Below the pieces are notes generated by a model that saw only the letters and a program-made list of their open reading frames with translations, did no database searches and was not told where the DNA came from. Positions 48,328 through 56,886 of a stretch of 64,000 bases of DNA are shown one piece after another. The translations under genes and the position numbers were made by a program. Every line of letters begins with the position of its first letter. Position 1 is the first letter of the stretch. This stretch comes from a virus (lineage: Duplodnaviria; Caudoviricetes). Where the stretch lies: the IMG/VR virus record IMGVR_UViG_3300003316_000244, positions 11,191-75,190 of that record; one strand, given 5' to 3'.

Positions 48328-49410
48328 ATGGAAGATTCCGTTAAAAGAAAAACAGAGAAAAAAATTGTCCCAAAGAAAAATTATTCTTTGGCAGATTATA
48401 GAAAAGAAAAAGGACTTGATAAAGTTGCATTTAAAGAACAGAAGTGGTTGACAATGCCAAAGCCTTTTCAAAAAGCTACTGGAGTTCCGGGTATACCAAT
48501 GGGTGGATTAAGTTTAATTGCTGGTCATTCAGATACATCTAAAACAACATTAATGATTGAAGCAGCTAAAGCTGCACAAGCATTAGGTGCATTACCAATA
48601 TTTATTATTACTGAAATGAAATTCAGTTTTTCACATTTAAAATTAATGGGTTTTGAATGTGAAGAAATTAAGGATGAAAATGGAAATATAATAGATATAA
48701 ATGGTAATTTTCTTTATATTGATAGAAGTAAATTACCACATATTGAAGCTGTTGCAGAGTTTATTAATAAAACTCTAGATGATCAAGAAAAAGGTTTATT
48801 ACCATATGATTTAGTCTTTCTATGGGATTCAATTGGATCGTTACCTTCTCAAATGTCTGTTGAAAAACAGAAGAATAACAATGAATGGGCGGCACTTTCT
48901 TATAGTGTGCAATTCGCTAGTTCTATAAACGGGAGAATTACTGCATCATCTAAATCTGATTCATTATATACTAATACATTAATTGCTATTAATCGTGTTT
49001 GGGTTCAAAAAGCAGAAAATATTATGGCACAACCTCGTATTGAATTTAAAGGTGGTAGAAGTATGTATTTAGATGCTAAATTTATTGTATTTTTTGGTAA
49101 TGTAAAAAGTTCTGGAATACAAAAATTAAGAGCGGTTAAAGGCGGAAAAGAATTAACATTTGGTTCTAAAGTTAATGTACAAGTTTTAAAAAACCATGTT
49201 AATGGTATTGATTACAAAGGAAGTATTGTTGTAACACCACATGGTTACATTGATAATGAAAAAAAAGATATTGAAGAATACAAAAAAAATAATTTAGATT
49301 TTTTCTCAAAAATTATGGGAGAGAATCTAACTGAAGATTCATTTAAAATTGAATTATCTGAAAATGAAGATGAATTTGATTTAAGTTCATTAACTAATGA
49401 TGATGAATAA
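48328..49410 (+). CDS. recA: RecA/UvsX-like recombinase
   Basis: GIPMGG..IAGHSDTSKTT (Walker A variant), ITEMK, FLWDSIGS, INRVW, GGRSMY. Confidence 0.8.
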   Translation: MEDSVKRKTEKKIVPKKNYSLADYRKEKGLDKVAFKEQKWLTMPKPFQKATGVPGIPMGGLSLIAGHSDTSKTTLMIEAAKAAQALGALPIFIITEMKFSFSHLKLMGFECEEIKDENGNIIDINGNFLYIDRSKLPHIEAVAEFINKTLDDQEKGLLPYDLVFLWDSIGSLPSQMSVEKQKNNNEWAALSYSVQFASSINGRITASSKSDSLYTNTLIAINRVWVQKAENIMAQPRIEFKGGRSMYLDAKFIVFFGNVKSSGIQKLRAVKGGKELTFGSKVNVQVLKNHVNGIDYKGSIVVTPHGYIDNEKKDIEEYKKNNLDFFSKIMGENLTEDSFKIELSENEDEFDLSSLTNDDE

Positions 49411-49454
49411 AATTTTTCAATTGAAGTTGGATCGAATTCAGAATATGATTTATA

Positions 49455-50369
49455 ATGAAAAAGAAAAACATTGAATGGTTATATTCTTTAGCAAGAAAGA
49501 AAGAAGGTAGTTGTCTTTCTACAGAATATTTTAATTCAAGTAAAAAATATAAATGGAAATGTAAAAATAATCATATTTGGGAAGCTGTTGCATCTGATAT
49601 TAATGATGGTCATTGGTGTCCTTTCTGTTCTAAATTGGACAGAAAGGATATTTTTTATTTACATAAATTAGCAAAAAATAATGATGGAGAATGTTTAAGT
49701 GAAAATTATGTAAATATAAGAACATATTATAAATGGAAATGTAAAAATAATCATATTTGGGAAGCTACAGCAAATAATGTACAAAGTGGTTATTGGTGTA
49801 AAATTTGTTCTGGATTTTCTAAAAAAGATATTGATTGGTTAAAATCTTTGGTTTCAATAAAAAACGGAAAACTATTAAGTAATGATTATATTAATATTCA
49901 TACAAAATATTGCTTTGAGTGTTCAAAAGGTCATATTTGGAGTACTACAGCACATACAATTGCAAAAGGTAATTGGTGTCCTTTCTGTAAAAAATCAAAA
50001 TCTGAAAATGTTATTGAAAATTTTTTGATTAAAAAAAATATAAATTATATAAGAGAATTTAAATTTAAAGATTGTTATCATATTAAATCTTTAAGATTTG
50101 ATTTTTATTTGGTTGATTATAATATTATTATAGAATATGATGGTGAACAACATTTTAAAAAAACAACAGGCTCATGGTCTTCTTCATTTGAAGAAACTAA
50201 AATTCGTGATTTAATCAAAGATAAATATTGTGAGGATAACAATATTAAGTTAATTAGAATACCATATACTAGATTCAATCAAATTGAAGAAATATTAAGT
50301 ATTGAACATTCAAATGGCTTTAATAGAACTTTAAATTATTCTAAAGAATTGAGAAAAGAAAATGCATAA
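49455..50369 (+). mobile_element. Free-standing homing endonuclease with three zinc-ribbon repeats and a PD-(D/E)xK/Vsr-like domain
   Basis: 3x (KW/F)xCxxxHIW..G.WCxxC; LRFDFYL..IIEYDGEQHF; sits between recA and the exonuclease, overlapping the latter's start. Confidence 0.78.
49548..49766 (+). repeat. 39-bp exact direct repeat, 180-bp period, in the endonuclease zinc-ribbon repeats
   Basis: TATAAATGGAAATGTAAAAATAATCATATTTGGGAAGCT at 49548-86 and 49728-66. Confidence 0.9.
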
Positions 50370-51453
50370 TATTAAATCATTACTTATAGATGCTTCTTAT
50401 TTATTCAAGAAGTCAACATTTAATAATAGTAAATATATTACTAATTCTAATGGTGATTTTTATGGTGCATTATATTCTTTCATGACCTCATTAAGAAAGT
50501 TAATAAAAGATTATTCACCTAATAAAGTTATTTTATTTTGGGATGGAGAAAATGGTGGTAAGGCTCGTTATTTGATCGACTCTAATTATAAAGCAAATCG
50601 AGAACATAAATCTTGGTATAATCAAATACATTTGACTCAAAAAGAAATTAATTACTTAAATAAATCTAAAGATAGCGAACTTTGGAATCGTACTCAAATA
50701 AAAAGGTATTGTGAAGAATTATATATTAGACAAATAGAAGTTCCTTTAATAGAAGGTGATGATTTAATTGCCAAATATGTGATGTTACATCAGTCAACAG
50801 AAGAAATGGTTTTATTTAGTAATGATAGAGATTTTTTACAATTATTAGATTATGGAATTACAATTCATGTTGACAATTTAAAATTTCCAATAACCAAGTA
50901 TAATTCTGAAATGTTTTTAAATTATTATTATAAAAATTCATTATTAATGAAAGTTATTTGTGGTGATAGTTCTGATAATATTGATGGTATAAAAGGTGTT
51001 GGTGAGGATACATTATTTAAATATTTTCCAGAACTAAAGGAACGTGAAGTAATGGTTCGTGATATTTTAAAAAGAGCTAAAGAAATTAATGATGAAAGAA
51101 TAGCACAAAAGAAAAAACCAATCAAAGCTCTTGAAAATTTATTAAATGGAATTGAAAGATTAAAAATCAATCATAAATTGATGAATTTATCAGAACCATT
51201 TTTAAATGAAGAATCTTTAACAGAATTAGAATATCTTGATTATCCATTATCTGATAAAAATGAAGATGGAAGTGAACGAGGTAGTAAAGCATTATATAAA
51301 TTAATGATGGAAGATGGTTTTTTAAATATGTATTCACAATATGGAAATTTTACTGAATATGTAACACCCTTTTTTATTGTAATTTCCAGAGAAAAAGAAA
51401 ATTTAAAAAAATATCTTTTAGAACAAAACCAAAAAACTGGACAGGTTGAATAA
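50362..51453 (+). CDS. 5'-3' exonuclease / flap endonuclease (T4 RNase H, PolI N-terminal-like)
   Basis: LLIDAS, FWDG..YKANR, EGDDLIA, SNDRDFLQL, GDSSDNIDGIKGVG. Confidence 0.9.
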   Translation: MHNIKSLLIDASYLFKKSTFNNSKYITNSNGDFYGALYSFMTSLRKLIKDYSPNKVILFWDGENGGKARYLIDSNYKANREHKSWYNQIHLTQKEINYLNKSKDSELWNRTQIKRYCEELYIRQIEVPLIEGDDLIAKYVMLHQSTEEMVLFSNDRDFLQLLDYGITIHVDNLKFPITKYNSEMFLNYYYKNSLLMKVICGDSSDNIDGIKGVGEDTLFKYFPELKEREVMVRDILKRAKEINDERIAQKKKPIKALENLLNGIERLKINHKLMNLSEPFLNEESLTELEYLDYPLSDKNEDGSERGSKALYKLMMEDGFLNMYSQYGNFTEYVTPFFIVISREKENLKKYLLEQNQKTGQVE

Positions 51454-51492
51454 TTTTTTTTATTTTTACATAAATTCTTAATTAAAAATTAA

Positions 51493-52176
51493 ATGAATAA
51501 TAATTCAGAAAAGAAACACGAAAATTTATTTAGATTCGGTGTTTATCAAAATGACTCTCTAGTTATTGAGAGATCATTTAGTGCAGACGATTATAATCAA
51601 GGAATGCGTTATTATGTTGATATAAGAGATAAAGTATCAGGCATAATCTCTAAGTTGTCAAGAACGTTATCGAGGCAAAATTTAACTTATAATATTTTTG
51701 ATTATGATAATTTAAAAGAATATAATAAACGTCTTAAAGGTGCAAAAGATCAAGAAGATAATAAACTTCTTAAACCTGAAGAAATTTATTTTAGAAAAGG
51801 AAATAATGGTGAATTTAAAGGTGCCGAATTTAAATTTGTATTATTTGTAAATGAACATACAATAGTTGAAAGAACATTTGGTGTTGAAAATTATAATCCA
51901 GCATCTAGATTTTCTAGAGAATTAACTGATGTAGTAAAATACATTGTTGAAGATATTATTGATTATTTAAAAAAATCTGATAGAAATCATATGTGGGATG
52001 ATAAGTCTATTATTAGTATATATAATCTAAACATTTCTCAAATAAGAGATTTGAGTCGAGAAAATAGAAATCTTCTACTTAAAAACATTGATCAAATTGA
52101 TTTTGTTAAAAAAATTAAAAAACAATATCGCACAAATGTTGAAACAGAGATTAATGATGATATGATGAACGATTAA
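51493..52176 (+). CDS. Hypothetical protein with internal duplication (LVIERSFSADDYN / IVERTFGVENYN)
   Basis: 227-aa ORF in replication module. Confidence 0.6.
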   Translation: MNNNSEKKHENLFRFGVYQNDSLVIERSFSADDYNQGMRYYVDIRDKVSGIISKLSRTLSRQNLTYNIFDYDNLKEYNKRLKGAKDQEDNKLLKPEEIYFRKGNNGEFKGAEFKFVLFVNEHTIVERTFGVENYNPASRFSRELTDVVKYIVEDIIDYLKKSDRNHMWDDKSIISIYNLNISQIRDLSRENRNLLLKNIDQIDFVKKIKKQYRTNVETEINDDMMND

Positions 52177-52186
52177 TTTAAAAAAA

Positions 52187-52414
52187 ATGGCAAAAATAAA
52201 ATTTAGTATTAGGTTCAATACAACTATTGAAGTTTCACAAAAAGATTTAAAAATCCAATTAGAAAATGGAGAAATAATTAATCCCTCTAATATATCGCCA
52301 TATACTATTCGTGAATCAATTGAAAATGGTGATTATAAACTTATTTTATCTGATCATATTTCAGATTTTCAAATAGAAAATTTGAAAGTAGATTTTGAAG
52401 AAAGTTCTCTTTAA
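52187..52414 (+). CDS. Small hypothetical protein
   Basis: 75-aa ORF in operon. Confidence 0.5.
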   Translation: MAKIKFSIRFNTTIEVSQKDLKIQLENGEIINPSNISPYTIRESIENGDYKLILSDHISDFQIENLKVDFEESSL

Positions 52415-52433
52415 CAAATAAAAAAATTAACTA

Positions 52434-53972
52434 ATGAGTGATCTTAAAGATAATTTAGGTTATCTAGGTAATGTTTTTCAACAAAAATTATTATGGCAAT
52501 TATTAACAAATCAAAAATTTGGTGAAAATGTAATACCATATTTAGATTCTAAGTATTTTGATGATGGTTATTTTAAAAGATTAATTATTTTAATTAAAAA
52601 TTACTTAGAAAAAAATAGAAAAGTTCCATCAATAAAAAATTCAAGTATTCATGAAGTAATTAATGAAATTAATATTGATGAAACTGAAAGAGAAACATTA
52701 CTTGCTGTAATAAAAAAAATAGAAACATGGGAATCAGATGTTTTAAGAGGAGCAATACCATTTGATGGTAATATTGTTCAAGAAAAAATTTATGAATTCA
52801 TAAAACAACAAGAATTTAAATCTCTTGGAACATATATAGTTGAAAGAGTTAAGGACGGTAAGATTGATGACTCTTTCAATAGTGATGTTGATGAAAAAAT
52901 TAAATTAATTAATAAAGTTGGTATTAGAGATGAAAGAGGAATTGATCCATTTACAAATATTGATTCTAATTTAGATGATGATTATAGAGAAGTAATACCA
53001 ACAGGTATATCCAAGATAGATGAATTAATGGGAGGAGGTCTTGGTAAAAAAGAATTAGGATTAATATTAGCAGCACCCGGAACTGGTAAATCAACGATCC
53101 TTACAAAAATTGCAAATACTGCAATAAATCATAAAAAAAATGTTCTTCAAATAATTTTTGAAGATACATATAAAGAAATTATTCGTAAACATTATTCTAT
53201 TTGGAGTGAAGTACCTTTAAGTGATTTTAAGGATAGTAAAGAATTAATTAAGAAAAAAGTACTTCAAGTACAAACGAATCCGAATTTGGGTAAATTAGTT
53301 CTTGTTCGTTTTCCAGAAGAAGGTGTTACAATACCATCAATTAAAAGATGGATAATTGAATTTCAAATTGAAACAGGGATAATATTTGATGAAATTGTTT
53401 TAGACTATATCGATTGTGTTGAGTCAGATAGAAGAATGAAAGACAAATTAGATGAAGAAATGAGAGTCATTAAATCAATGATAGTTCTTTTAGATGAATT
53501 AGATATTCCCGGATGGTCTGCAGTCCAATCAAATAGATCAGGAGCAGTAAGTGAATTTATTAATTCAAGTCAGATTGCTGGTAATTTTAAAAGAACACAT
53601 AAAGTCCATTTTTTTATGTCAATAAGTAAAACACCAGAACAAAGAAGACATGGAAGAGCAAATGTTCAAATATTGAAATCAAGATTTGCAAGTGATGGTC
53701 AACAGTTTGAAGATATAATATTTGACAATAATAAAATGTCAATAATTATAACAGATAAACCACAAAAAAATTACCAAGGTGGTACTGGTCATACATTTAC
53801 ACAAGAAATTAAACCTGATGATTTTTCAATAAATATTGATTTATTGAAACAATTAGATGAATTTTCAGATGTTACAATTGTTGAAAATAAAAAAATAGAA
53901 TCAGAAATTATTGAAAATTTAAATGATGAAGAAGAGTATGATCCTCTAAAAGAGGCACTTGCAAACATATAA
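52434..53972 (+). CDS. dnaB: Replicative DnaB-like helicase (T4 gp41-like)
   Basis: PTGISKID..GGLGKKEL..AAPGTGKST, VLDYID, WSAVQSNR, ILKSRF. Confidence 0.88.
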   Translation: MSDLKDNLGYLGNVFQQKLLWQLLTNQKFGENVIPYLDSKYFDDGYFKRLIILIKNYLEKNRKVPSIKNSSIHEVINEINIDETERETLLAVIKKIETWESDVLRGAIPFDGNIVQEKIYEFIKQQEFKSLGTYIVERVKDGKIDDSFNSDVDEKIKLINKVGIRDERGIDPFTNIDSNLDDDYREVIPTGISKIDELMGGGLGKKELGLILAAPGTGKSTILTKIANTAINHKKNVLQIIFEDTYKEIIRKHYSIWSEVPLSDFKDSKELIKKKVLQVQTNPNLGKLVLVRFPEEGVTIPSIKRWIIEFQIETGIIFDEIVLDYIDCVESDRRMKDKLDEEMRVIKSMIVLLDELDIPGWSAVQSNRSGAVSEFINSSQIAGNFKRTHKVHFFMSISKTPEQRRHGRANVQILKSRFASDGQQFEDIIFDNNKMSIIITDKPQKNYQGGTGHTFTQEIKPDDFSINIDLLKQLDEFSDVTIVENKKIESEIIENLNDEEEYDPLKEALANI

Positions 53973-54060
53973 AAATATTTAAATTATATTTTTTTATAAG
54001 TTCTATTCTTTTAAAAAATGATTTCTATTTATTAACACCCATTTATAAAAATAAAAATTC

Positions 54061-55038
54061 ATGAATAATATTTTTGAAAAAAGAGATTCTATTAAACCAT
54101 ATGAATATCCTAACTTAATGAAATTTACCAATGCAATACATAATAGTTTTTGGATTCCAGATCATTTCACATATGATAGAGATGTAATTAATTATAAAGT
54201 TGATCTTAATCCTATTGAACAAGATATTTTAAAAAAATCAATGTTAGCAATAGGTGTTGTTGAAAATAAAGTAAAAACATTTTGGGCAAGAATTGATATG
54301 AGAATGCCTAAAACTGAGATAGCAAATGTTGGTCATACATTCGCAGCAAATGAAGTAATACATCAACTTACTTATGAGAAATTATTGAATTTATTAGGTT
54401 TAGAAGAAGAGTTTCTTCATATACATGAAGTTCCTTGTATGAAAGGAAGATCAGAATATTTAAGTAAGTATTTAACTGGTGTTCATTCAAAATCAAATAA
54501 AGAATTTACAAAATCATTAATTCTGTTTACTCTTTTGGTTGAAAATGCAAGTTTATTTTCACAATTTTTAATTGTATCATCTTTTAATAAATATAAAAAA
54601 ATGTTAACCAATTTTAATACAGTAATTGGTGCAACAGCACGTGAAGAAAATTTACATGCGAAATTTGGTGAAGAACTTATTACAATTATTAGAAATGAAA
54701 ATCCAGAATGGTTTGATGATGAAATGGAAAAAAAAATCAGACGAAATATACAGAAAGCATATAAAGCAGAAGTTGAAGTTTTAAATTGGATTTTTGAGAA
54801 GGGTGAGTTAGATTTTTTACCTAAAAAAAGTATTGAAGAATATTTAAAATATAGATTTAATAAATCATTAAAACAAATAGGATATGAAAATGAATTTGAA
54901 TTAGATGAAAATTTACTTTCATATTCCAACTACTTAGATGTTCAATTAACAGCAACAACATCATTTGATTTCTTTTCAGAGAAGTCAACAGATTATGCAC
55001 ATAACTCTGCTTTTGATGAAGATAATTTATGGAATTAA
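54061..55038 (+). CDS. nrdB: Class I ribonucleotide reductase beta subunit
   Basis: Ligand motifs VENKVK, NEVIH..Y, VENASLF, EENLH; aromatic C-terminal tail. Confidence 0.92.
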   Translation: MNNIFEKRDSIKPYEYPNLMKFTNAIHNSFWIPDHFTYDRDVINYKVDLNPIEQDILKKSMLAIGVVENKVKTFWARIDMRMPKTEIANVGHTFAANEVIHQLTYEKLLNLLGLEEEFLHIHEVPCMKGRSEYLSKYLTGVHSKSNKEFTKSLILFTLLVENASLFSQFLIVSSFNKYKKMLTNFNTVIGATAREENLHAKFGEELITIIRNENPEWFDDEMEKKIRRNIQKAYKAEVEVLNWIFEKGELDFLPKKSIEEYLKYRFNKSLKQIGYENEFELDENLLSYSNYLDVQLTATTSFDFFSEKSTDYAHNSAFDEDNLWN

Positions 55039-55055
55039 AATAAAAATAGATAAAG

Positions 55056-56765
55056 ATGAAACTTAATTGGCTAAAAGAAGATCAAATAGAATTTTTAAAA
55101 AGAGGTTATTTAGAAAATGATCAAACACCAGAAGAAAGATATAAAGAAATTTGTGATACTATAGAAAAATATTCACTGAAACTTTCAAAAAGTGTTGAAG
55201 CAATTGAATATTGTAAAAATATTGGAAAAAGATTTGAAGAATATATAAGTAAAGGATGGGTATCCTTTTCAACTCCAGTTTTTATTAATTTTGGTAAAAA
55301 AGAAAATTTAGCAATTTCATGTAATAAAAGTATACTTAGCGATTCACTTGATGATATATATAAAGGTATTCATGAATTGGGAATGTTGGCAAAATATGGT
55401 GCTGGAACATCACAAAATTTTTCAAAATTAAGACCAATTGGTTCTAAAATAAATACTGGTGGAGCATCTAATAGTATATTAGATTGGATTGAATTATATG
55501 CTGATATGATGTCAAAAACATCACAAAATAGAGCAAGAAGAGGATTTTTAACAGCGTATCTTTCAGTAGATCATCCAGAAATTATGGATTTTTTAGATAT
55601 TGGTACACACAGAATGCCAACAGAAAAACAACGTTTTTTTCAAACAATTACAACCGCAGTAACATTACCTATTGGATGGAGAAAATCTTTAAAAGATGGT
55701 GATTTAGAAAAACGTAAAATTTGGGCAAAAATATTAAAAACAAGAAAGGAAATCGGATTCCCATATATTATTGATCTTGAAAATGCTAATGAAAATAAAC
55801 CACAGGTTTATAAAGATAAAAATATGAATATTAGTACTTCTAATATTTGCACGGAAGTTCAAGAATATGCTGATGATAAAAAAACATTTGCGTGTTGTTT
55901 ATCTTCTGCTAATGCATATTATTTTGATGAATGGGAAAATCATCCAAATTTCATATTTGATATGAATATAATGTTAGATTGTGTTATTGAAGAATATATT
56001 GAAAAAGGTAAAAAACTTTCAGGTCTTGAAAAATCTGTTAAATTTGCAGAAGAACATAGATCAATTGGATTAGGAATTTTAGGATTTCATTCATATTTAC
56101 AAAAAAAATCTATAGTATTTGGTGAATTAGCTTCATATTCAGTTAATCATAGAATTTTTTCTAAATTAAGATCAGAATCAGATAGATCATCTAAGTGGAT
56201 GGCAGAACATTTTGGTGAACCAGAAATGTTAAAAGGTTATGGTTTTAGAAATACAACAAGATTAGCACAAGCACCAACTAAGTCGACATCATATATTATG
56301 GGAGGATTAACATTAAATCTTTCTGAGGGTGTTGAACCACACAAATCAAATTATACTTCAAAAAAATTGGCTAAGATTCAATCTGAAGTTAAAAATAAAG
56401 AATTGATTGATTTATTAGAAAGTAAAGAAAAAAATAATAAATCAACATGGGATTCAATACTTTTACACAATGGTTCTGTTCAACATTTAGAATTTTTAAC
56501 TGATAGAGAAAAAGCAATATTTAAAACATTTTCAGAAATATCACAAGTAGATGTTATTAAGCTTGCAGCTCAAAGACAAAAATTTATTGATCAAGGTCAA
56601 TCTATTAATATAATGATACATCCTGATACTCCAGTAAATGAAATAAATAAATTACATTTGCTTGCTTTTGATGAAGGTTTAAAATCATTATATTATCAAT
56701 ATTCAATTAATGCTGCACAAGAATTTAATAAAGATTTATTGACTTGCTCAAGTTGTGAAGCATAA
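55056..56765 (+). CDS. nrdA: Class I ribonucleotide reductase alpha subunit, no ATP cone
   Basis: AISCN, SNICTE, CCLSS, RSIGLG, AQAPT, QKFIDQGQS, KSLYY, C-terminal CSSCEA. Confidence 0.92.
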   Translation: MKLNWLKEDQIEFLKRGYLENDQTPEERYKEICDTIEKYSLKLSKSVEAIEYCKNIGKRFEEYISKGWVSFSTPVFINFGKKENLAISCNKSILSDSLDDIYKGIHELGMLAKYGAGTSQNFSKLRPIGSKINTGGASNSILDWIELYADMMSKTSQNRARRGFLTAYLSVDHPEIMDFLDIGTHRMPTEKQRFFQTITTAVTLPIGWRKSLKDGDLEKRKIWAKILKTRKEIGFPYIIDLENANENKPQVYKDKNMNISTSNICTEVQEYADDKKTFACCLSSANAYYFDEWENHPNFIFDMNIMLDCVIEEYIEKGKKLSGLEKSVKFAEEHRSIGLGILGFHSYLQKKSIVFGELASYSVNHRIFSKLRSESDRSSKWMAEHFGEPEMLKGYGFRNTTRLAQAPTKSTSYIMGGLTLNLSEGVEPHKSNYTSKKLAKIQSEVKNKELIDLLESKEKNNKSTWDSILLHNGSVQHLEFLTDREKAIFKTFSEISQVDVIKLAAQRQKFIDQGQSINIMIHPDTPVNEINKLHLLAFDEGLKSLYYQYSINAAQEFNKDLLTCSSCEA

Positions 56766-56790
56766 TAAATTTTTATAAAAATTATTAATT

Positions 56791-56827
56791 AAATGGTATG
56801 TTTAACTTTAAACATACCATTTTTTTT
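56791..56827 (+). terminator. Intrinsic terminator after nrdA
   Basis: AAATGGTATGTTTA/TAAACATACCATTT plus T tract. Confidence 0.85.
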
Positions 56828-56886
56828 GATTTTATATTTTAGTTGATTTCATTTAAAAACAACTATTTATATGAAATTGAAAATTA

